A DNA stretch of 63,969 nt, filler included, from Gonapodya sp. JEL0774 (Eukaryota): assembly GCA_027604505.1 (NCBI GenBank). It is 29 parts of 29 records of this genome, joined end to end, with 100 filler letters (N's around TTAATTAATTAA, not from the genome) between each part and the next. Parts side by side here need not be neighbours in the genome. Positions count along the whole stretch, not along the records: positions 48,680 to 50,782 come from JADIIX010002245.1; positions 50,883 to 52,984 come from JADIIX010002246.1; positions 53,085 to 55,185 come from JADIIX010002247.1; positions 55,286 to 57,382 come from JADIIX010002248.1; positions 57,483 to 59,579 come from JADIIX010002249.1; positions 59,680 to 61,774 come from JADIIX010002250.1; positions 61,875 to 63,969 come from JADIIX010002251.1; 22 more parts are not named here. One strand, written 5' to 3'. The notes under the pieces were generated by a model. The model saw only the letters and a program-made list of their open reading frames with translations. It did no database searches and was not told the origin of the DNA. Every line of letters begins with the position of its first letter. Position 1 is the stretch's first letter. A program made the translations under genes and the position numbers. Below, piece by piece: positions 48,680 through 62,253 of the stretch.

Positions 48680-49854
48680 GTTGACGCAAGGTGCTCAGTG
48701 AGGCAGCCGAGTTGGTCTGCCCCATAGAGGGGTGGGGAAAAGGGTAGACCCTTCCAATACAACTGTTCAAGCAATCGCATAGTGTCCGCGGAGGGGAGAG
48801 TCGGGCGAAGTGGGTTGGGTAGCGAATTAGAGCTCACCGGTTTCCGAGGTGTGGTTTCTTGCAGCAGACTCTGAACCGAAGATCCAGCAGAATCAGTAGC
48901 TGGCGAGTCGTGAAGTGGTCCTACGTGCAAAGGAGATTCATCGTCGGTTCCACCCGTCTTCCTCCGTTTCCGTCTTTCACCGCTCCCGCTAGTTGCTGAT
49001 GCCGTTGACAAATCTCCCTTGCCATCGTCTGCGCCGCGGGCAACACTCAGCCAATCGTCCCACGAATAGGATCTTCCCTTCTCGATGTTGACGCACCGGT
49101 ACACTCCTCCAGTACCATGAAACTGCTGGGTAATGGGTCGCTTTATGGAAATTTCACGGAGATGAGCGGGATAGATGGATGGAGGAAAGAGGTCGAGAAA
49201 GGCAGGTGGTGGGATGATCTTCACAAAAATCAAGGTCACTGATGAGGGGAGACATCCAGCTATCATTGATCGAGAAAATGGGAATACCTTTAACAGGCCG
49301 CGTTGCATTCCCCAAGGAGCGATACGCCTCATCAATGTCCCAAAGTCCTGGAAATCCTCAACACTCGGTGTAAACACGGGCACACCATCTGCATCGTGGT
49401 TATCGCGCTGCTTTTGCGGTGATGCGGAGGTCCCGGTACGAGTGAATCGCCGACGTTTTCGGGGTGGAAGGGTCTCAGGAGTGTCATTGGACAGACTCCT
49501 CGGTTGGCCACTCATAGCGATCGTTTCAAGGTCGTCAGAAACGGTTCCGGGTGAGTAGAAGTAAGCTGGTTGGAGACTATCCGGCTCGAGATTTGGGGGT
49601 TCGCGAAAGAATGGACCCTGGTGGAGATTCTCGTCATCGTCGCCATCATCCGAAATTTCACTGGATAGCACCGTCGCTCGTTCTGAGCCATTCAAATTAG
49701 TAATTATATGATTTGGGCTTCCTTTGTGTGCTGCGGGCGGAAAAGCTAGCACCGATGTTGCGTCTGGAGGGGAATAGGCCTCTCGAAGGTTGTCAACGTC
49801 CATCATGATAGTGGTGGCCAAAGGAGACGGGGGTAATTCGAACTCCATATTCAC
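48680..49854 (-). CDS. RPH1: JmjN/JmjC histone demethylase, KDM4/Rph1 family, N-terminal part
   Basis: JmjN GVPVFTPSVEDFQDF...WGMQRGLLK|IIPP; LEQLYWKGLPFSPPLYGAD. Confidence 0.88.
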
Positions 49855-50882
49855 GATGGGCGAATCTGAAGACGTTGCGGTATCGATAGATAGAAACCGG
49901 ACGGAACATGTTCAGGAAGCTTCAGTATGTCAATAACGATCGAGCCATACAATTCGCACAGGAGGTTAAGCCATTGTCCTAGCACACTTCACACAGCCAC
50001 TGTGAGCCAGTGACAACATTGTGACGATGTCTCTTCAACGGATCTCCGACTGAAATGTAAGGACCACCCCGAACACGTCTTTTCATCAACAGTCTCCAGC
50101 AAAGGCCCAAGGAGATGCATAAAGTGTGAAGTTTAACATATATCCTCGCAGGACAACCTTCCGGTCCGGTACTTTCGAGCACCAGCTCCTAGTCGCCATA
50201 ACCGGAGCTGCTCACCTATTCGAAACGACTCAAATATCCCTCGATCACCCCAGTTATGAGACAAAATCCACGAAAACCTTGAGGATGGACGGTATGCGGA
50301 TGGAGGCAGTTCGCTTCTTCAGCGTAAGCGAAGCGATTTTTGAGAGAGGGTTTGCTCACACCAAAAGTGGCACAGCGCCGCTGCACCACAAGCCCCAGGA
50401 ATGCCAATTACTTTCGGTCTACGTACTCTGAAGAGAGTTTGAGGAGGTGAGAACAAAAAAAACCTAAGGCTCTCTTAGGTACTCTCATCATGGTATGAAC
50501 CGTCCTCAGTGGGGAATATCCGAGTGCGAAGGTGAAGCAAGAACGAAGATCTATTGAATCTATTGAATGCTTCAAACACACTGATGATGCGCCAAGTAGC
50601 ACCACGAAAAAAACTAAACCCCTTTGCTTAGAGCAATCACACGGCAGTGCAGTTTCGTGCTAATCAAATCTTCAAATCTTCCCCGCCGGGCCCCACTCTG
50701 TGGCAAACTTCCATGCCCCCTTGTATCTCCACGCGAACACATACGGCACGAGAACTCGAGCAACGAACCACGGCATATCGTTNNNNNNNNNNNNNNNNNN
50801 NNNNNNNNNNNNNNNNNNNNNNNNNNTTAATTAATTAANNNNNNNNNNNNNNNNNNNNNNNNNNNNNNNNNNNNNNNNNNNN

Positions 50883-52320
50883 AGGTCGTGGAATGCGGTG
50901 ATCGGAAGGCAATAGATGAGCGAAGCCTCCCTGATCACCTGGAAAATGCTCGTTTCAATGGGAATCGAACAGCTGGGAAGAGGATTCAAGTAAAGGCATA
51001 TGATTGTAACGCCGTTGGAGAACTGCTCTGAGGTGACAGAAGTGGAGTCAGATGGACGTGGGGAGTGCAAGAGTCTGAGATTACTCACCGACATATTTAC
51101 GCGAGCTGAACAGTTCGTAATAGTGGTAAAGATCGGATAAGGCGGAGAAGAAGCCTTGGGTGGTTTTTTGCCTGCAAGCAAGCGATTGGGGAACTTTGAG
51201 CTTCAATCCATCACAAACCGCTTTGTTACTATTATGCACTCACCGATAACCGATGACCAGACGCTTCTCCCTTGAGCTCGGCAGGTCAAACATCTCAATC
51301 ACAGCGCCGGTCCTGTTGAGTACCTCTTGCATCACGTGGCCATAGATATCCTTGGTGTTTTTCGTTGCGAGCTCAAGGAACGACCGGTCAGAAACTAGTT
51401 CAATATTGGTCGCCTCAGCGGGTGTTGGATCGGGTTTGACAAAGTTGCACTTCGATATGAAGTAGCACCGAAGGCTCGAGCTGATGGACGAGGAAATGGT
51501 GCCCGCTGAGCGGTAGGACTCCATACGGTAAGCAACTTTGGTGTCGGAGCGGTCAAGATATCTCTCGTCCATTCTATGGTAGATTGGGAGGGAGATTGTG
51601 GGGATTGACCACAAGGTTTTGAGGATTGGGAGACAAAACCTGCAAACTCAGCAAGTCCTGCCCGATTCCATTTACTCCCAGTTCTGCGCAAATTTGAGCT
51701 GCATTTCGAAGTTTACACGATTTTCAACTGTTTCCGCTTCCGGTATTCCAGGTTCGGTTTGTTGGATGCGGTCTTCACCTCCAAGCGCACAGACCTCATC
51801 GGGCTCCCAGTTTGACCCACCTCTTTTCATATTGTGGTCCCGTGAGTGTCGAAACTCCTGGTCGTGATGTGTGAATGTACACAGCTCCGTCCTCCGTTTC
51901 GCGTTCAAGATTGATGTCAAGCGCGTGCTCCGATTTCACAAAAGCAAATATTTTGGCCCCGTAGAGCGCCAATATGTGCTCAACCACTGTATCCACCGAT
52001 TGAGTTTGAAAGTAAACATCATCGATGCCGAGATTACTAGGCGACGAGTTTTCATTCGTGTGAGGGATGGGGGTTTACGGGGGGTTTACTTTTAACACAA
52101 CTTGCAACACTCGAAGCCAAACTCACCCATAAAACCACTGCACTTCCGGGTCCACGAGATCCTGTGGGATGAATCCCTTTTCCTTTAGCAGTTTTGCAAC
52201 GCGTTCCATTTGCGCATTCTTCGCGCTGAACCTGTGCGTGTGGTATCCCATTGAATCTTTTCGAGCAAGCGAGCTCCCAACGTCAACTGCATCCCCGTTT
52301 GTATGTTCACGAATGTCCAT
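50883..52320 (-). CDS. GDH2: NAD-specific glutamate dehydrogenase (large fungal type), N-terminal exons
   Basis: GFIPQDLVDPEVQWFY|NLGIDDVYFQ...HILALYGAKI, YRMESYRS, LRCYF, EQFSNGVTIICLYL, IREASLIYCLP. Confidence 0.9.
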
Positions 52321-53309
52321 CGTTGAATTCCAAACGCCTCGCGGCTATGTCTGGTTTTGTGAGGTTTTACTGCCGGTCCGCTCTTGCGGATGGTTGCCGA
52401 GACTCGTCTGAGATCTAAGCCAGTCGGGACCCTTTGATTTGCACACATTGGTCATCTTTCGTTCCGCCTTGGGTTTCCAAGTCGGGACCACGGCACTAAG
52501 TGATGTCAGATTATTTACTTAAAACAAAAAAAAGAAAAGTGCATTTCAGTTGATTCATGTTTCATAACCTGCGTGCACAACAGTTATCCTATGTACTCAT
52601 GTGTCCACACAATCTGAGCGTTCCTGCTCCTCATGTCGAAGAGTCTGGTCTCAACATCCCAAGATTGAATCAAAACTCCCCTTCGGGGAAGATGGCTGTT
52701 AGCACATCTGGTTTACTATACCTGATGATAGCGTCCTCAAAAGTACGGGTGGTGTCACCCAAGTACATGAATGAATCCCACGGCGCGATTCCCATTGGAT
52801 TGCACACGTCGAATGCAACGAGAACGTACTGCTTTTGAGCAAGGATCGACTAGATGCTTCATTGACCACCTGTGTTCATGTTTTCCGTGCTCCCCACACC
52901 ATCATTGGTAATACCATTCACATTTGAACCTTGATTCTCTTGCTTGACAATGATACTATCCCTGGCAAATCGATTGTTCGGCGCNNNNNNNNNNNNNNNN
53001 NNNNNNNNNNNNNNNNNNNNNNNNNNNNTTAATTAATTAANNNNNNNNNNNNNNNNNNNNNNNNNNNNNNNNNNNNNNNNNNNNGTACGTAATGAACTGG
53101 AAGAACAAGAGTGGGAAGATGAGTGAGGCAGTAGAAGAGGGGCGAGGGGTGGATACAGGTTGGGGGTGATTCGGATACTCGATACTCGTTTGTTCACGTA
53201 ATTGCTGTATATATTTTGTGGTGGAGCTAATACAATGAGTGCTAACTAAGTGTGAAAAACTTTGTTGAATTCCATGTTTGTTCCGAGATGCAATTCGCTG
53301 ACTGATGCC

Positions 53310-55185
53310 CTAATCCCATGCTTCACCTGTGTACCCGCGCCGCTCATCGGCCGTCATGTACTCATCGTCCCGCTCATCCACTGATCCCCCATATCCGTAC
53401 TTGTCATCGAGGGGAGCACCCCACCTGGCAGCAGGTCCCCCCATTCCGTTGGCATGCTCATCTTCGTCCTCGTCCTTGTCCTCATCTCCCTCTTCTGCAC
53501 CGCCTTGCACTACTCCCGCCTCCCGTCGAGCCTGTGTGCCCGCACGCCTTGCCTCTGAGCGTTTCCGTGGCTCCGGTCCCCGTGGTGCAGCACTTTGAAG
53601 GAGAAGCCGGGTCTGAGAAATCCGGCTTGTAGACCTCGCAACCTGCCAACAAGGAATTGAAGTGGGCGGGAGACAAAAAGTCACGAGGCTGAACTAAGCT
53701 CCGAACACTTTCACTCACCTTATCCGGGAAGTCTCGAGCAATAGCAGCGTAGAGTTGCGAGAAATTGGTGTTGAGAGACCCGTAGAGGCGCTCAAACTCG
53801 GCGACTGAGGACGCGGTTTGGTAGTTGTCGTAAATAAGAGCTATCCGCTGATGTCACATCAAAGAGAGTGAGACCTGAGTTCGTAAAGTGGAGCAGTTAC
53901 CCCGACGGCAATGTACGCAGTACGCACCTTCACTTTCCTGTATCGTTGGCCAAGTGCCGACTTCTTCCCAGCTCCAGCCTCTGTCTCGTCCGCTGTCTTT
54001 GCATTTGCCTCCGCGGTGGACCAGTCCTTGAGCGCCGTGATTCCATTACCCCCCTCGTAAAACAACTTCCACGCTCCGTATCCACCTCGCGGTGTCCTGA
54101 AGCTGACCGATACGGTTGGGGGGGACTCCGATCGATTTGACTGCTCACCTGGGTGAAGTCCAGTAGCTCCAACACCTCCAACTCCAGCCGCATTCACCCC
54201 ACTGTGGCCAGAACACCGAGGAAAGAGTGACTGCTGTGCGAGCGCAGCGAGTCCTGCGGCGATGGTTTGCGGGGAGACCGCTGCAAAGAGAGTCTGCAGT
54301 TGAGGAGGTAGCTGATGTTGGTGAACGTGGAGGTGTCGGACAAACACAGGCTGCTGTGAAGGGTAGGAGCCATTCAATATCTGGCAGGGTTGCGCACCGC
54401 TTGGAGCTCCGAATTGCTGCATGTGGAGCTGTTGGGATGGGGCATACGCTGCCATGGGAAGAGCAGCTGGAGCTGGAAAAGGAGCTGCTACCGCTGGTGT
54501 GACTTGCGTGGGATACTGCATGTACTGTTGTGGTGTGAAGCCTGAGGACCCGATGCTCTGCGACTGGAACGACTGGGCACCAAGTGGTGAGAAGCTGTTG
54601 GAGAGGTCAGCTGCAGTGCCAGCAAACTCAGCTCAGGGGTTGTTGAGGACAGAAGTTGCTTGTTTGCAAGGCGAACTCACCTCCTCCATCATGGTACCCG
54701 AGTCCAAATCCTGCACCCCATACATCCATACCGCCACCATCACCAAAAGCACCGAGAGAGGTGTCATTCCCGATACCAGAAGCAACGCTGGTGTTCCAGC
54801 CGCTCGTCGAACCCAGCACACCTCCGCCACCCCCAACACCGTCCGCTGTGTTTCCAGCCGCCACTGGCATTTGTGAAAGTCCAGTTCCCGACTGCACAGC
54901 ACACTGAGCGGACTGCCTGGTAGCGGTCGGTGTGTTTTGGGTAACTGGGACTGGTTGTGAGGGCACCGAGAGGTTTTGTGGTTGGAGCATGTTCGGCGGA
55001 AGTGGTGGCTGAAGAGAGCTGGCAGGGGCAACAGGAGGCTCGTCGTCTGGAAGGTGAGTATGGCGACGGATGAAATTGGTTGGTTGGGGAAGTTTGCGGG
55101 CGAGTATGTCGTCTGGGACGGGGTTGTAGTTGCGATTGAGTCTCTGGCCCCCTGTGAACGCGGTTGGCCATCGCTCACGTTCCGC
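53310..55185 (-). CDS. Low-complexity protein with a possible GCR1_C-like DNA-binding domain
   Basis: FRTPRGGYGAWKLFYEGGNGITALKDW...QRYRKVK|RIALIY follows a Q/P/A-rich region. Confidence 0.4.
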
Positions 55186-56146
55186 NNNNNNNNNNNNNNN
55201 NNNNNNNNNNNNNNNNNNNNNNNNNNNNNTTAATTAATTAANNNNNNNNNNNNNNNNNNNNNNNNNNNNNNNNNNNNNNNNNNNNTCTTCTGAAGGTCAA
55301 CGATCGTACTCTGATTGACTGCCGCCGCGGTTCCAAGGACGGACGAGAATACCGTGCAAAGAGCAAGTCTCAACAGTCGATGGGAAACCATTTTCAAGAC
55401 AGAGCACCGACAGCGTTTCGGTCAAGCTGAACGAGGTCCCTTTCAAGTAACCGTGGTCTGCCTGATTCATTTTTGAACCGCCACCAGGCCACAGGCCAAA
55501 CAGTCTGACCCGAACAGGAAAACGCCGGAGGGTCAATCCCAAAAACTCCGTAGCAAGTCTTATTGACGAGTTTTTGAGTGCGATGGAGGGGAAACTAGTT
55601 TCATCTTGTGTGGCTATGCGCTGGCTAACGTTGCTTGATTGATTGTGGAATGACTGCGAACAATCACGGTTAATGCCTTCTAGATCTCAACCCGATGCTC
55701 AGAGCTTCAGAGTCTCTTTCTATCAGTTGACTTCTCCAAGCTCCTTATAGGTAGGTGGAAGTCGGATTGATGATCCATGTCGAGCAAACGTTTCGACCCC
55801 ACTATGCCCGCTGAGAGAAGTTCACTGCATTATGATGAGGAAATTTTCTCTTGTTTAGATGATATGCAAAATGCTTGAGAAGAACATTCAACTACACGTC
55901 TGATTAGTAGCTTACTGCTCTGCAAGAGATGGTGGGAAGTTACGATGACTTGGTCGTTTGATCCATAATAATGCAGCGAGACTCTTCCAGACACAATACC
56001 GATGTTCCTTCACAAAATACTCGTGCCACGAAGAAAAAGGGAACCTTTGCAGTCGTTTTTCCGCGTTGGTGGATCAGAAGTGGCACAGCCACGAGTTTTT
56101 GGCCAACCGGGTCAGCGAAGACCCGTTTGCAGATTCCATCACGACG

Positions 56147-57382
56147 ATGTCGGCTTTACGACCGCTCGTGTTTGCGGTGACGCTCAGCAGAGTAGCCGCA
56201 GGAGCTGTGCGCTCCCCGTCTCTGGCTGCCAAGCTGGTGAGTTTTGGTCCCTCGAAACACTCGAACCGGACTCAAAATGCGTGCTTGACCTCACCATTGA
56301 ATTCTTGTCATCGCACCCTCGGCTCCTCATCACCCCTGTTATTCGATGTTGTTCTCGTCATGTAGTCTCCTTGGCTCGAAACGTCCGCCCGTGCTCTCGC
56401 GACTGCTGTACCGGGGAAGTCAGATGATTTTCTCAAGGGGGCCTCTGCGTGAGTCCAGTCGCTGATTCAATGAGGGCTGAATCTCTCAAGCCGTGGTGGC
56501 AACCTGTAATTGTATCCTGTACCCTCGGGCCTCCTCGACCACAATGCTGCACAACAGAGCGGTCCTTGAATCCCTGTACGAATCGTGGCAACGCGATACC
56601 AAGTCTGTCGATGCCAAATGGGACGAGTATTTCAACGCGCTTGAGCAGCATCAGTTTGTGCAGAAAGGAACAGCCGCAGGTGCTGGCACTCCCATTGACA
56701 TGGGGCCTGTGACTGTAACCCCGAAGATGCTTGAGGAACACAAAAAGGGTAGGTAATCATGGAACTGCTAGAGCGTACTGGAGCTCTTAAAAGCATGTTG
56801 ACTCACCTAATGGTGCCACGTTTCCTGTCAACCTCGTCCAGTCATGGAACTTATTCGGTCCTACCGTGTGTTTGGGCACCTCAGCGCAAACCTTGATCCA
56901 CTCGGTCTGTGGAACCGACCTCCCTACCAAGAGCTCGACTACCGTTTCTGGGGCTTCACCGAGTCCGACCTCAGCCGCAAGTTCTACGTCGGATCACCAC
57001 TCGCACCTGGCGACGGATGGTTGACACTGGGAGAGATAGTGTCGAAGCTGAAATATACTTACGCAGACACACTGGTGAGTCAATTGTCTCTGTACAACTT
57101 ATTTGCGTGTACGGATACTCACCCCTGCTGGCTTCAGGGTGTTGAGTACATGCACATCCAGGATGTGGAGCGAAAGAGCTGGATCGAAAGGAAGCTCGAG
57201 CAAAGGCGCCGAGAGTTCAGCCCGAGGCAGAAATGGGTCATTCTTAACTGGCTCACGTGGGCGGACAGGTTCGAGGGTTACTTGGCAAAGAAGTACCCTT
57301 TCACCAAGCGTTTCGGGTGAGTTAGCGAACAGCATTTGTCGTTTTGTTGTTTTTTCTGAGAACACACTTTCGCTTCTCTAGA
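56147..57382 (+). CDS. KGD1: 2-oxoglutarate dehydrogenase E1 family, N-terminal exons
   Basis: Presequence-like start; LESLYESWQRDTKSVDAKWDEYF; LIRSYRVFGHLSANLDPLGL; GVEYMHI; FEGYLAKKYPFTKRFG. Confidence 0.88.
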
Positions 57383-58633
57383 NNNNNNNNNNNNNNNNNN
57401 NNNNNNNNNNNNNNNNNNNNNNNNNNTTAATTAATTAANNNNNNNNNNNNNNNNNNNNNNNNNNNNNNNNNNNNNNNNNNNNTTGTCGGTGTCTTCTGTA
57501 TTGAATCCAGCTGTGACACATTATTGGTGAAGTGCACAGTGTCGGTCTCTCGGTGCCTTGAATGCCTGCGCTCCTTTCTTCTCAGAACCGCGCCTATGTG
57601 AGCCCCTAACGAATCCCTGTATCATCCGTGCCATTGTTCACTCTCTCACTGAGTGCTTCTTTCCTGCCCAGGATGCACGTGCGACAGACTAAGGCAGCGA
57701 AGCCCCGGGCGCACCTACCTCGATTCCCAAAAGGAGCGAGTAAAGGACGTCTTGGGTGGACCGTGTTGTGGCACTATTTAACAACGGTGCTAATCGCTCG
57801 TCCGCACGGGCGGAAAGGCTGTGGGTCGTGTGGACAAAAACTGCAGCCAACGCGACTCAGGGACGGTATCTTAACGCGCCAACCAATGAAACTCCCGGCT
57901 CAATCTCTCGCCTCACGGTACCGTCTTCAAATTTGCTGCTGCGCGATTGATCCTGTTCTCTCGCATGTGTTCAGGCCTTGGTGTTGGAGCATCTGACTGT
58001 TAGATGATGCTCATTGGGGACCGTAATGTGGTGAGAGTCTGGCCTTATTCTTCATGTGTCCGCCAACGTATTGTCTAGTTGCTTCTAACGGTTGCCCGCT
58101 CTCCTCGTTATTCGAACAGAACACCTCCTCGCGGTGGTCCCTGGGCAACGTCAAGGTTTCCGACCTAGACGGCGAACGTTCACAGCGCATCCACAATGAT
58201 ACCCTCGTGTTTGTCCTTTGCTTTGTGTGCTTGCGGCCTCCTCGTGTGAATTTCGTAAAACCTGAGATTGTAGTCTTATCAAGCTAGAATTGAGATCATG
58301 CTTTCCGCATATTGTCTCGCGGCGCCAGAGTAGAGCATATCAGCATATCAAAAGTGCATGATTCTCGATTCATTTGCGAGTTCCATAGGAGTTCTCTCGG
58401 CGAGGGGTGGTTCACCTTCCCCAACCAAACTATTGCGTCTCCTCATTGATATGAGCATTACGGGCATCTGCGTCGCTTTCATGCATGAAAAGTACTGTTT
58501 GTACATGTTTCTAGCACTCTTCTCTACCAAGCTCCTTTCCCCTGCCATACGGGAACCACAATACAAGTTAAAATGAAAGTACTGACCCCTCTCCAAGCCC
58601 ACGACCAACAATCCTCACACGATCTCTCCGCCA

Positions 58634-59579
58634 TCATTCGTTCACTCTCGAGTAGGCATAATCCCTCTCTCCTATCACGACGCCTTGCTCCTTGTTAATC
58701 CGATCCTGCCACGCGTTGGTTCCTGTATCGTTGTTCTTCTTGAAGCCAAACTTGACCCTTGCGCGGACCCAGTCGGCTGAATTGTGCAAAACGAAGAGTA
58801 CGGGCGGAATTCACATAGCGGGGGCAAGCAATGGTTGTATCAGAGAAATGAGAAAGGAATACCAAGGAACATGAGTACTACGCGAGACTGAGGCAATACA
58901 CACCTGCTGTCATTGGGGGCTCGTCATTTGGAGATGTTGGCGCAAGAGGTACGAGGGGACTGGGTAACGGCGTCAGAGGTACGTCGTCGTTTGGACGGAG
59001 AAAGTACTTTGGGATCCAGGCCGAGATGTCGCAAGATAATTGAGAATTCACAACAGGGGAGATTGAATACTCGTAAGCGGCTTGAACTCGGACGGTTCAG
59101 TGTAATTCCCTCGGGGGTCCTTACCAGAACATTCGATCGTGGCTTCTCAGCGTCTTCGGCCAAGGGGGGTCTAGTGACTCGGTGTTGGGTGGACTTGAGG
59201 ACACCGCCTGTGAGGAATTGGAGCGTGCTGGAGAGGAAGATCCGGTGCAGGTGCCGCACAAATGGCACACGGTGAGGGCACAGCGACTATATCCACATTA
59301 CAAAGGAGAAAAGCAACGTTGTGGCAGACTCACTCTCCAACATTGCACACCAATCCCCCGGCCACCGGTTCGACGTAGCGCCACACTCCGTCGTGGGGAC
59401 ACAGAACTTGCAAAGCCGGAACCTTTGGTGAAAACATCACGGTCAAGGTCCCAAAATCCGTGTGACCACCGAGACGGAGATTATTCTTGAGAGCATCCTG
59501 ATTGGAGTCCAGAGGAGGGTAGCGCCTGCATTCGTGTTGGAAGATCAGGACCAACGGTGTGAAGCTCTCGGGTCTCTCA
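58634..59579 (-). CDS. 2OG-Fe(II) dioxygenase (IPNS/DIOX-like), C-terminal exons
   Basis: RYPP...GGHTDFGTLT (HxD), CNVGE, LKSTQHRV, R....YFLRP. Confidence 0.88.
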
Positions 59580-59945
59580 NNNNNNNNNNNNNNNNNNNNN
59601 NNNNNNNNNNNNNNNNNNNNNNNTTAATTAATTAANNNNNNNNNNNNNNNNNNNNNNNNNNNNNNNNNNNNNNNNNNNNAAGAACAAGTGGAGAGAGGGA
59701 AGAGAGAGAGAGAGGAGGAAGAGGACGAGTAGTGTTTTGGAGGAGTCCCTTATGTAAGATACTATCACACTGGGGGTAATTTGACCGTGCGCTCAAACCG
59801 CTGATGAAACACTTCATGGTGTAACGCCGAAGACGGGCTCGCCCAAGACGAAGTACACAAAAATCTTATTGAGTGATCATTTGGAATCAATTCTGGTAGC
59901 TACATTAAACGTGCAAGACCTCCACTCCATTCAGTAATATGTGGG

Positions 59946-61435
59946 CTACGCAGCGGAAGGTGCCGCGTCACCTTTCACTTTCGCCTGTTGTTTCCTGTAC
60001 TCCGTCAGCGCTATAGTGATGTCTTTTTCGGGGTTGTACGCGAGAATGGCGTCGTTGAGCCCGAAATTATTCTGAATCCCCAAAATGATTTTGAAGATAA
60101 AGCGCCCCAAACGCATCTTGAACTTGGACGAAGCGAGCAAGCGTGACATGGTCGTGCGAGAAGCGGAGGCGATGAAGTGCACGCGAGGCAGGCGAATCTT
60201 GTCGTAGAGTTCGAAGACGGCGGGGTAGTCGCCCTCGGCGAAACCTGGGAAGTTGAGCAAGAGCTCGTGGAAGACTGCGCAGTCCTCGATGGCTTGGCAA
60301 AGACCCTGCCCCTGGGTAGGGAGTGTACCGTGTCCGGAATCTCCAATGAGAATAATCCGTCCCTGCGGTGTGAAGTTCAGAGCGTCATTTGAGACCCATG
60401 TCTGTGTTCACTCGAGAAAGAGTGTCATTCCCACCTTGTGCAGTGTTGGCATGTCTGGAAGGTCAAACATGTGAATGGGAGTGATTCGCTTCGCGTACCG
60501 GATCGCATTAGTGACGGATTTCGGAGCACCCCATTCCTCGACGGTGTTCGCGAGCCGAGTAGATTCCTTGGGAAGATCCTGGTAGGGAAGCCAGTCTTGG
60601 TCCTCTGACTGTTCATCTGGCTGTCTCACTTGCATGATGACGAAGGCACCAGCATTGTCTTCAGGACTGGTTTAGGGAATCAGTACAAGTTCGAGTGAGC
60701 CGACATGCAGGGAGAATCTACTTATGAGGCTCACCAGTGCACCGTGTGCAAACTGTTACCAGATAGCGGGTCCACGTAGACTCCAACCGGATTATCAAAC
60801 CCGAGTGGAGGAACCGAGGGGTCCGGCTGGAACCCGAGATCGAATATTCCAACAAAGCCCACGCCTTCCCGAGTCGGAGGTTTCGCTTCCGGGAATACAA
60901 TCCTCCGGACTGCTGAATTTATTCCATCTGCCGCGACCAAAAAGTCTCCTGTAGCGCTCGTACCATCCGCGAATCGGGCCACGACATTGGATTCGTTCTG
61001 TACCACATCCACGAGCATCTTGTTGAGGTGTACCTGCACCCCAGCAGATTCACACAGCCGCATGAGAACACGGTGATATGTTGCCCGCAAAATTTGAATT
61101 GGGGGATATTCTCCTTGCTTCCGAGCTTTCTGTTGACGTATGATCCTGTCGGACCCGTCCATATACATGAATGCCAACTGGGAAGCAAAACCGCCACTGT
61201 TTGCGATGACTTGATCGAGGATTCCCAGTCGGTCCAGTCCGCGCTGTCCATTACCGTGGATGTTGACGGAGCCACCAACGTCCCAAAACGGACGGTTTTC
61301 AGCGGTGGTACCCGAGGTCTGAGTCCCAGTACGTTTTTCATACAGGGTGGCATCGAAACCGTGCTTCTTAAGGACGAGCGCGGCAAGACCTCCAGCGGGG
61401 CCTGCGCCGATTACAATAGCGGTCTTGGGTGCCAT
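59946..61435 (-). CDS. FAD-dependent monooxygenase (salicylate hydroxylase-like)
   Basis: IVIGAGPAG, DFLVAADGINSAVR, LIGDSGHGTLPTQGQG..QAIED. Confidence 0.92.
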
Positions 61436-62253
61436 TTTAGGGAAGCAGTTGAAAGGGGATCCAGTTCCACCAACAACCGTTTTTGGGTCATGTTTCTGCC
61501 TGATCCGTGCAATGTGGTAGAACCGCACGACAGGGAAGAGGGAAAAATACATAATAAATGCGCTGCAAGTCAGTTTTTGAAGGGGCACGCAGGTGAGGAT
61601 AGCAGAACGCAGATAATCATTCAAAGAGTAATCTCGTGCTTGTGTAAGATGTCCCATTACATCACACACAAAGGTACCGAAGAGCAAATGTGCAAAAAAA
61701 ATAAAAGGCAGAGTCCTGGTATGTTTAAATTGCGGCGAAATCCCAGCCGCCCCCCGCTCCTCCGCCTTTTCATCNNNNNNNNNNNNNNNNNNNNNNNNNN
61801 NNNNNNNNNNNNNNNNNNTTAATTAATTAANNNNNNNNNNNNNNNNNNNNNNNNNNNNNNNNNNNNNNNNNNNNAAATCAATTTTGGTCGAGAGCTTTCG
61901 TTGCTAACACGTGTTCCTCGTCACCTGAAAAAGGAACATCCGAAAACATAGATTTCGAATATACGCGTTTCTCATCTATGGAACACTGTCAATGGGGGTG
62001 GTTTGTCAGTGCTATTTCATGTTCAGAGCTCCAAGGTGGGGATTTTGCGCGGATGCACGGAGTGTAAATTGTAATTTTTGGATATCTCATGGCACGTAAA
62101 TAAAGTAGAACAGAGTTTTTGAAATTGGTGCCCGTGATGCGCCGATCTGGCTTGGCGGCTCAGGCAGTCCCAGTCTCTCATCATCCCCATCCCGCCAACC
62201 CGATTCTACCTGCAATCGAAATTGCGTCCATAACTTTTGCGATAACTAAAGTA

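Noticed and set aside
59690..59730. GA-rich purine tract
   Set aside because: Short simple-sequence stretch with no further structure.
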